Shown piece by piece: positions 54,400 to 64,000 of a stretch of DNA of 64,000 bases. The number at the start of each line of letters is the position of its first letter. Position 1 is the first letter of the stretch. The position numbers and the translations under genes are program-made. The stretch covers positions 113,460,001 to 113,524,000 of the forward strand of contig OX597820.1 of assembly GCA_951406725.2 (NCBI GenBank), written 5' to 3'. The stretch is from Octopus vulgaris (lineage: Eukaryota). Under the pieces are notes generated by a model. That model searched no databases and was not told where the DNA came from. It saw only the letters and a list, made by a program, of their open reading frames with translations.

Positions 54400-55740
54400 G
54401 AAGCAGTAACCATACTTTTTGCAAGCATTCAGAAACCGGCATGCATAATGCTGTAATGTTCCGTTTAAACTGTTGCAAATTGGCATCTGAAGAGAAGATG
54501 AAAGGAGCCAATGTTCCGGCAGCAGAACTGATTGGGTGTGGTGGTTAATGAAGGAGATTTGGGACAAAATGTGGGAGTTAGGTAGAATGGTGAGTGAGTT
54601 AGTGATGTCTGAGTGTTGGAAGTACAAAACTAGCCAACGCTGAGAAACAAAGGCCATTGTAGTAACGGTAGAAAAGGCAGAGAGAAGAGATATCATGTCT
54701 GTGAGTCAGGAACCTGAACTTGTGACTTCGAACCAACCAGACAAGCGGCTCTACTCTACAGGCGGTGGAGGACACGTTTCTCAGATGTAGAAGCAATATT
54801 CCATTGAGGGATTCATTTGAACTTCGTTGAGTATTAGTAGGAGTTGGAGTTTGAAATTCTTTCTAGCCCACAAGAGAAAACCAGTTGTTTTCTTTGGTGG
54901 GGGGATGCTCCTGGCTTTGTTAACGATGTGTTTTCCTCAGGAAACATTCTCGAAGATAGTAAGGCTTAGCTGTAGGTGCGACTGTCAAGGCTCTAGATGA
55001 GAGCTATTCATGTTTAGGGAGTTGCGGTTATGTTTTTCTGGGGGGTGGGGTCTTTGTTTGGGTATCTTTTTTGGTGGGGTATAGTAGTGTTACAGTATTT
55101 CGCTGTTAAAAGAGTCAATATTAACACGGTTCCACTTGAACATACTCCAGTTCTCTGTTCATGAAATCAGTGCAAATTTAGCATGAGGTGTCTAGATTGT
55201 CTGTGGATGATACTTGACTGAGGAAGATTATGAAGGAATGAGGATCATATTACCATCAACATAAAAATAAGCAGTGTTGGACATGGAAGCGGGTAGATCA
55301 TCGGTGTGCAGAAGGAAGAGAGTGGGGGGAAATTGAACGCTGGGTGCATCAGAGTTGATTGAAAGTGAGACAGAAAGAACTCAATGAACACATACCATTA
55401 TAGAGTAATATGTAAGGGGACAACTGATTCGAGAGATGGGAAATGAATGGAGCTTGTAGACGGAGAAATTTCGATAACAGATTCGTTTGCCAAGGCAACG
55501 ACATAGCATTCACCAAACTAATCTAAAACGAATGGCATAACAGAATAGGTCTCCAATGGATGTGGCTCAAAAGAGGCTCTATTTGCGTTCAGATTGAAGA
55601 GAGGGAAAGTCAAGGTATTTGGGGAACGTCATTATCAATAGAGAACTTCATTAACACCTTAGAGGTATTCAAAGTGAGTACAATAGGGCGATAGTTGTTT
55701 GGGTGAGAAGGGGTTACCTTTCCTCGGAATGAAATATTCT
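54400..55740 (-). pseudogene. Decayed CR1/L2-group LINE RT and C-terminus
   Basis: IPRKG..HPNNYRPI, PTLFLLHTDDL..YVD, LTHRHDISSLCLFYRYYNG.C. Confidence 0.75.
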
Positions 55741-56041
55741 GTAGTGTTTCCCCCACCAAATGTCACACTGTATATATCCTCGTACAAAGGAAAATAATGA
55801 AGACTTTAGCGAACCTAGGATAAGTTAAGGGAAGCAATATCTGAGTGTACTGGAAGGGATATTGCCAGGACCAGTTTGCTTAAAACAGCCGGTGGCATCT
55901 TCATACATGATTGTGTGCCTCCGTGTTTGTGTGTGTTGTATAAGATGGGAAAGTCTAGTTGCCAAGCGGTGGTGGGGGCCTACCCAAACATAGAGACACA
56001 CACACACACACACTGATATATACATATATACACATATATGA

Positions 56042-56076
<35 letters not shown>

Positions 56077-56095
56077 CTCTTTTTTTTTTTTTTTT

Positions 56096-56490
56096 TACTT
56101 GTGTCAGTCATTTGACTGCGGCCATGCTGGAGCACCGCCTTTAGTCGAGCAAATCGACCCCGGGACTTATTCTTTGTAAGCCCAGTACTTATTCTATCGG
56201 TCTCTTTTGCCGAACCGCTAAGTTACGGGGACGTAAACACACCAGCATCGGTTGTCAAGCAATGCTAAAGGAACAAACACAGACACACAAACATATTCAC
56301 ACACACTTATATATATATACATATATACGACAGGCTTCTTTCAGTTTCCGTCTACCAAATCCACTCACAAGGCATTGGTCGGCCCGGGGCTATAGCAGAA
56401 GACACGTGCCCAAGATGTCACGCAGTGGGACTGAACCCGGAACCATGTGTTTGGTTAGCAAGCTACTTACCAAACAGCCACTCCTGCGCC
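56096..56490 (-). mobile_element. Family A SINE
   Basis: Homology to 61463. Confidence 0.9.
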
Positions 56491-56574
56491 ATATATATAA
56501 TTTTGAATTAAAAGCAGCTCTTAGACTCCTTTCTACTATAGACACTAAGATTGACATTTTGTGAGAGGTGAGGA

Positions 56575-56747
56575 TAAGACGATTACATCGACTCCAGTGC
56601 GTAACTGGCACTTAATTTATCGACCCCGAAAGGATGAAAGACAAAGTCGACCTCGGCGAAATTTGAACTCAGAACATAAAAACGGACGAAATGCCGCTAA
56701 GCAATTTGCCCGGCGTGCTAACGATGATTCGGTTAGCTCGCCGCCTT
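56575..56747 (-). mobile_element. Family B SINE
   Basis: Homology to 51749. Confidence 0.87.
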
Positions 56748-57290
56748 AAACAGCACTAATAATGTAAGCATTATTGATTGCACATATACAGTGTGTGTGT
56801 TTTGTTTGTACGCCAATTTGTTGCGGGATATCGTTCTGGGAAAGCTTCCTACATGACCCCGAGTGTTAAAGAACACTGATTGTCCCAGACCAGATGGGAC
56901 AGCTTGCCCCGAGGTGAGCAAGAGTAACAGATATCGATATTTTACTGTTATTGTAACTCTCAGTGCCATGAACTCGACACACCTCGAATCGAAATAAATC
57001 GCCCCTCTGGGACATATTGTAAATAGTGTTCTTTAACACCTGGTGTCGTGAAGGGATCTTTCCCAGGACGTTATTCTGCAGAAAATTGGCGTATAAAGAA
57101 AACACACTATGTACGTGAGACCGATAATGTTTATATATATGTATATGTACACGACAGGCTTCTTTCAATTTCCGACTAACAAATCCATCCGCAAGGGTGT
57201 AATCGATTCAGGGCTACAGCAGAAAACATTTACTCAAGGTGTCACACCATGGGGCTGAACATAGAAAGGTGGTTCGGAAACAAAATTCTT

Positions 57291-57333
<43 letters not shown>

Positions 57334-57419
57334 CTACAGCTTCATAGAAGAAATGCATGTACATCACTAACTTACATCTTGTCTTCGGTGCGGATGCTGT
57401 GTTTTTGAATAATTTAAAT

Positions 57420-57715
57420 CAAAGCATTATACATTTACTGTTGTGTCTGGGGAGAGTCATTTTCTTTTTGTGCCGTATTATTTAACACACTCACCGTTAA
57501 AATTTCCAGTTTTTTTCTTATTTTTATTGTCCTAAAATTTTCGTTGCGTCTTACAACCTTTTCAATAGTTTTGACCCTCAAATTTTACCGGTGTGTGTGT
57601 TAAATAATAAGGAACAAAAAGAAAATGACTGTCCCAAGACAACAGAATATGCTTCAACACACGAACTTATATAAAGAATCTTGCAAACCAAATCCAAAAA
57701 CGAATTATACATTTA
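57420..57715. mobile_element. pLTR-like inverted repeat with a U3-A8 hammerhead-like motif at 57532-57568 (-)
   Basis: Arms 57437-57505 and 57581-57645; cta-TTGAAAA-g-gttg/caac-GAAA-at-TT-tag. Confidence 0.6.
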
Positions 57716-58059
57716 CTTCCACAGCTTTGACAGAACAGACACTGCTCTGGTAACAAGACAGAAACTAGACGTTTTATAAGCAAATCCATAGCCGCGTGAG
57801 ATTAACGACTGCAACAGAACTCAGTACATCACAAATCACTACAAAGGCAGTACTCCAGTTTTGATATAAGAATAAGAACTAAGTAAATTAGGATTTGCCC
57901 CCCGTGGTTCACGGGAAAATATTGTAGTGACGAATCATCATATAATATAGCTTGTTTCCTCACTGCATAGCTATATCGTACTTACATTAAATACGTTGAC
58001 ACTAACTTAAATATACAATACATAGGCATATGTACCACATAAGTTCATATGCAATATAC

Positions 58060-58291
58060 CTATTTCTTTACCACACAAAAGGGGCTAAACACAGAGGAAA
58101 CAAACAAGGACAGACAAACGGATTAAGTCGATTATATCGACACCAGTGCGTAACTGGTACTTAATTTATCGACCCCGAAAGGATGAAAGGCAAAGTCGAC
58201 CTCGGCGGAATTTGAACTCAGAACGCAGCGGCGGACGAAATACCACTAAGCATTTCGCCCGACGTGCTAGCGATTCTGCCAGCTCGCCGCC
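58060..58291 (-). mobile_element. Family B SINE
   Basis: Homology to 50660. Confidence 0.9.
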
Positions 58292-58329
58292 CTATTTATG
58301 TGCAATATATCATTTTTCTTTCACCCTTT

Positions 58330-58872
58330 CATTTGTTTCAATCATTGAACTGCGGCCATACTGGGGCACCGCCTTGAAGGGTTTAGTTGAACAAATCGAC
58401 CCCAGTACTTACTTTTTTTTAAGCCATGTACTTTTTCTATCGGTTTCTTTTACTGAACCGCTAGTTCATGGAGACGTAACCGAACCAACACGGTTGTCAA
58501 GCAGCAGTGGTGGCTAAGCAAAAAGACTCACACGTACATGTACAGGGGTGGTGCGAAAGTAGGTACATAAGTTATGAAAAAATAAAACATGTACAATACT
58601 CATTTATTATCAAGAAAATTAAAAGTTACGATAAAAGTATTATAGCTATGATAAATGTATTATAATTAATAACACTGAAAATATTAAAAACGTGGCTAAT
58701 TAATTTAATATGCTAATAATTTTAGAGAATTAAGTATTATATGTATATACACAAGACTTTGGTCGACCCAAGGCTATAATACAAGACATTTGTGCAAGGT
58801 TCTGCGCAGTGGGCTTGAACCCAAGACCGCATATTTGGGAAGCAGGCTACCTAACCACACAATCACGCCTGC
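58330..58872 (-). mobile_element. Old family A SINE interrupted by a Tc1-type TIR fragment (from 58543)
   Basis: SINE halves 58330-58530 and 58750-58872; ta-caggggtggtgcgaaagtagg. Confidence 0.6.
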
Positions 58873-59478
58873 GTCTGCCAGATAAGGTATATTTATATAA
58901 GTATAGTGCAATAATAATAATAATAATAACATAACGAAATATGTCCGTAAATTTTCCCTTTGGTGTTGTGCTCATGCTTTGAGCTGTTTTGAGCTTTCAT
59001 GGGAATTCTGACGCTCCATTTTTCATAGACCATGTTTCAGCTCTTAAGAGAAGAATGCTCTTTATACAAACCTTGTTGACTTTGAACTCCTTGATTGCCA
59101 GCTGACTTGAGGTTTGTTACAGGTACTTCATCGCTATTATTATTGCTCCATGTAGAGTAGGCTTTGCTGGCCACTGCGACTGTATTGAATAACAGACCGC
59201 ATTAGATGTCCTATTTTGGAAATATTCATGCCCTAATAGCGGAGATAGCCCACTCAACTACTTTAATGTTTGTTATTGGCAAAGGCACGCATAACAGGAA
59301 ATTGAGGATCTACTAAAGCTCGTGGAGGGTAGAGGTACCTGACACAGCATTCTGAAATGCATCTCCGTAGCGGCAGCACGAAGAACACTTTTATAACCTA
59401 TGTACTACAGATGTGTGCGTGTGTACAATATATGTAGCAAATAAATTATATAAAGGATTATCCTGAAAGAAGCCTTTC

Positions 59479-59519
<41 letters not shown>

Positions 59520-59944
59520 TTTGTGTCTATATTTTACCCATAACTTAGCGGTTCGGTGAAATGGTCCGATAGAATACGATCCTGGCTTGAAAAAAAATAA
59601 GCACAGAGGTTGATACAATACACATTTACCATTTTTTTTTTTTTTACATAGTATTGTGTTGTTCTTCCTCTTCTACTTGTTGTTGTGCTGTCGTTGCGCT
59701 GCTGTGATGCCATTATACTGTTATTGTAATAGCGCCGTTGTGAGGCCTTCAAGCCGTTGTGTGGCGTTGTTTTGATGGTGTTCTTCTGCCATGGTGTTGT
59801 GATGTCGTTATGCCGTTGAGGCGCCGTTGTTTTACTTTTGCGGTGCTGTTGCAAGTGTAGTGCTCTTACATTCTGGTTATGGTGTGCTGTAGAAATATTG
59901 CTACGCTTCAGTTGACTGTTCAGCAATCGTTATTAATTGTTGTA

Positions 59945-60145
59945 AGGCGGCGAGGTGGAAGAATCGTTACCACACCGGGAAGAATGCTTAACAGTATTGC
60001 GCCCGTCTTTACGTTCTGAGTCCAAATTCCAACCCTGCTTTTCATCATTACAGGATCGATAAAACAAGTAACAATTGAACACTGGGGCTAATATGATCGA
60101 CTTCACCCCTCCCCACAAATTACTGGCCTAGCGCCAACATTTGAA
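59945..60145 (+). mobile_element. Family B-type SINE with its tail interrupted by the MITE
   Basis: ggcggcgaggtggaagaatcg..acgttctgagtccaaattcc. Confidence 0.75.
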
Positions 60146-60944
60146 GGATATTTTCCTTTTGAACGGCAGATGTCAACACAATTTCTAGTTAACTAAACAC
60201 TTTTAAACTTCGTATACTGGTAGAATGTGTTTATAAAACATCATTTTTTCTTGGCTTTATTGAAAAAATTCTATATGTTATAACATATTCCCACTTAAAA
60301 ATCGAGCATTTTGGCAATTTTAACCAATCGCTCACCTCCATTTGGGGTGAAAAGATTCCGTGCTGTATGAATATGCCCCTCGTTTAAGAAACAGATTGGG
60401 TTTATTTACATTTGCGAAGAAAAAAAGATACACTTCTCCCACCCCTAACCTTAATCCTAAAATAGATTGAAATGCAATAGATCGATACCAGCGCCATAAT
60501 TATGGGTGACAATTTCATACGACACCACTACGGAAAATGGGATTTTTTCTAGTGGTGTCGTATGAAATTGTCACCCATAATTATGGTCCTGGTATCGATC
60601 TATTGCATTTCAATCTATTTTAGGATTAGGGTTAGGGTTAGGGTTAGGGGTGGGGGAAGTGTATCGTTTTTTCTTCGCAAATGTAAATAAACCCAATCTG
60701 TTTCTTAAACGAGGGGCATATTCATACAGCACGGAATCTTTTCACCCCAAATGGAGGTCAGCGATTGGTTAAAATTGCCAAAATGCTCGATTTTAAAGTG
60801 GGAATGTTATAACATATAGAATTTTTTCAATAAAGCCAAGAAAAAATGATGTTTTATAAACACATTCTACCAGTATACGAAGTTTAAAAGTGTTTAGTTA
60901 ACTAGAAATTGTGTTGACATCTGCCGTTCAAAAGGAAAAGATCC
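60146..60944. mobile_element. ~800 bp palindromic MITE with 8 bp TSD (Merlin- or hAT-like)
   Basis: ~385 bp inverted arms; termini GGAT..ATCC; TSD catttgaa at 60138-60145 and 60945-60952. Confidence 0.93.
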
Positions 60945-61462
60945 CATTTGAAATCATTATTAATTGCTGTGCATCTGTTCTTGTACAGTTATCATTGCAC
61001 AAGCTTTTGTTGCACATCTATTTCTTAAGCTGTTCCTATCAGAATTGCTTCTGCTCAATTTTATTATTATTGTACAGTTTCTGTTGACGATGATGGCATC
61101 CTACCGTTGTATTTACAATAGCATTTCTGCCTTTGCAGAAATGCTATTTCTGCCTTCGCGTATCTTCCAGTTACTTTATTGCATCAGACCTAATTCTGTG
61201 CTCCTTTGGTACTACTGCACCTATCCTAATAGCATTGTGGCTTCGAAGTTACATTGTGATTGTGATTGTTGTTGCTCTGCCACTGTTTTTGAGCACTACA
61301 TTTATTATTGTTGCTGTTCTGTTGCTAATGTTCCGCTGATGTTGTAACAAGACATAATTTTAGTTAATTTATGTTAATTTATGCTGTAGTTAAACAGCTG
61401 TGATTGTGACGTTGGTGTTGTTATGTCGCCGTTATTGAACACTTTTTATTTATTTCCTTTTT

Positions 61463-61858
61463 CTTTTTACTTGTTTCAGTCATTTGACTGCGGCCATGCT
61501 GGAGCACCGCCTTTAATCGAGCAACTCGACCCCGGGACTTATTCTTTGTAAGCCCAGTACTTATTCTATCGGTCTCTTTTGCCGAACCGCTAAGTGACGG
61601 GGACGTAAACACACCAGCATCGGTTGTCAAGCAATGCTAGGGGGACAAACACAGACACACAAACATACACGCACATACATATATATACATATATACGACG
61701 GGCTTCTTTCAGTTTCCGTCTACCAAATCCACTCACAAGGCTTTGGTCGGCCCGAGGCTATAGCAGAAGACACTTGCCCAAGATGCCACGCAGTGGGACT
61801 GAACCCGGAACCATGTGGTTCGTAAACAAGCTACTTACCACACAGCCACTCCTGCGCC
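61463..61858 (-). mobile_element. Family A SINE, full length
   Basis: Head aggcgcaggagtggctgtgtggtaag..gggttcagtccc. Confidence 0.92.
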
Positions 61859-62086
61859 TTATTGTTAGTTTCTTTTGATTGTTTCTTTGTTGCATTCGTT
61901 GTCGCTGCTGCTGTTGTTGTTGTTCTTGTTGTTGTTGTACTGATGTCACAACCATGGCTCTGGTTCCCACACAAATGATTATGATGACGTCAAAGAGACT
62001 TATGTCGTGACTCATGATCGAAATCTTACAAAAATACTCTTTTCTGCAATAACACGTTCCGTTGTTGCAGTGTACGCACACACAGG

Positions 62087-62141
<55 letters not shown>

Positions 62142-62723
62142 GAACACACATACAGGAACACCGATACATGCAAAACAAATACTTGTGTGACATTCCAAAT
62201 GAGCATGTTGATTTAATGAATAACTGTACACATACATACACATGCACTCGCACACACGCACCTACACACGCACGCACACACGTACACGCATATACAAAAC
62301 ACACACACATACACAAACACATGCACACCCACACAACATATGTATATATACATATGTATATATATATATATATATAGTATATATATATATAATTAATCCA
62401 AACAAGAAAACACACAAAAACACAACAACGCGTGCATATGTATATATATATATATATATATATAATTTTAAATAAATGTACACATACATTCATGTGTTAA
62501 CGTGTTACCTATGTGTCTGTGTGTTATGTATATATATATCATAAATATACACGCACGCACACACACACGCACAGATACTCCTAGACATAGACCTACATTC
62601 GTGTGTTCGTGCGTTCATACGCGGAAACACATTCATGGATAGATATATGGGTATTTATATGTGCGTGCGTATGTGTGTGAATATACACATACAAGCATGC
62701 GTTAAGCATATATTACGTTATAA

Positions 62724-62764
62724 ATACATACATACATACAAACATACATACATACATACATACA

Positions 62765-62798
<34 letters not shown>

Positions 62799-62814
62799 CA
62801 TACATACATACATT

Positions 62815-62846
<32 letters not shown>

Positions 62847-64000
62847 CATACATACATACATACATTCATACATACACATGCACGCACGCACACCAACATA
62901 TATATAATAAACACTCTCATTCATATCTATGAAACTACATACCGACATGCAAGCAATCATACATAAGCATACATATATGTGTGTTTGTGTCAGTGTGAAT
63001 TCGCGCGTGCGTCTGTTTACATACACGCATAAACACACACACATACATACATACATACATACATGCATGCATGCATACATGCATACATACATACAAACAT
63101 ACATAGATACATACATACATGCATACATACATGCATACATACATGCATACATACATACATACATACATACATACATGCATGCATACATGCATACATACAT
63201 ACATAGATACATACATACATACATACATACATGCGTACATATATGCATACATACAAACATACATAGATACATACATACATGCGTACATACATACACACAT
63301 ACATACATACATACATACATACATGCGTACATACATGCATACATACATGCGTACATATATGCATACATACAAACATACATAGATACATGCATACATGCAT
63401 ACATACACACATACATACATACATACATACATACATACATACATGCATAGATGCATACATACATACATACACACATACATACATTCATATATGCATGCAG
63501 ACATGCATACATACATACATACATACACACATACATACATACATACATACGTACATAGATACATAGATACATACATACACACATGCATGCATACATACAT
63601 ACATACATACATACATACATAACATACATACATACATGCATACATACATAGATACATACATACATACATACACACATACATACACACATACATACACACA
63701 CACATACATACATACATACATGCATACATACATACATACATACATACATGCATACATGCATACATGCATACATACATACACACATACATACATACATAAG
63801 TACATACATACATACATACATGCATACATACATACATACACACATACATACATACATGCATACATACATACACACATACACACATACATACACACATACA
63901 TACATAAATACATACATACATAAATACATACATACATACATACATACACACATACATAAACACATACATACATAAATACATACACACATACATACATACA
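62724..64000. repeat. (CATA)n degenerate microsatellite
   Basis: Direct reading; explains the MYVC/HTYI ORFs. Confidence 0.97.

Noticed and set aside
58960-59380. Possible RTE-like remnant (AETWS..KLKTAQ on the minus strand)
   Set aside because: Single short motif; insufficient to call

Overview
AT-rich eukaryotic non-genic DNA. The microsatellite load and SINE families point to a cephalopod, most likely Octopus; this is an inference. I found no intact host gene, and most ORFs in the track are microsatellite artefacts. The window is a mosaic of (TA)n/(AAT)n/(GATA)n/(CATA)n microsatellites, about 20 tRNA-headed SINE copies and decayed autonomous elements: two Tx1/L1-like LINE copies, CR1-like and RLE (R4/Dong-like) LINE remnants, Penelope-like RT and GIY-YIG fragments, Tc1 and mariner transposons, Helitron pieces and MITEs. 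The main hidden signal is about 12 minimal hammerhead-ribozyme motifs (stem I-CYGANGA-stem II-GAAA-short palindrome-UH-stem I) from several unrelated families. Most lie in short inverted, Penelope pLTR-like structures next to (TA)n tracts. Two families carry a compensatory U3-A8 core, and one motif appears to be the tail of a tRNA-headed SINE. Coordinates were read by eye and may be off by a few bases, more at decayed ends.
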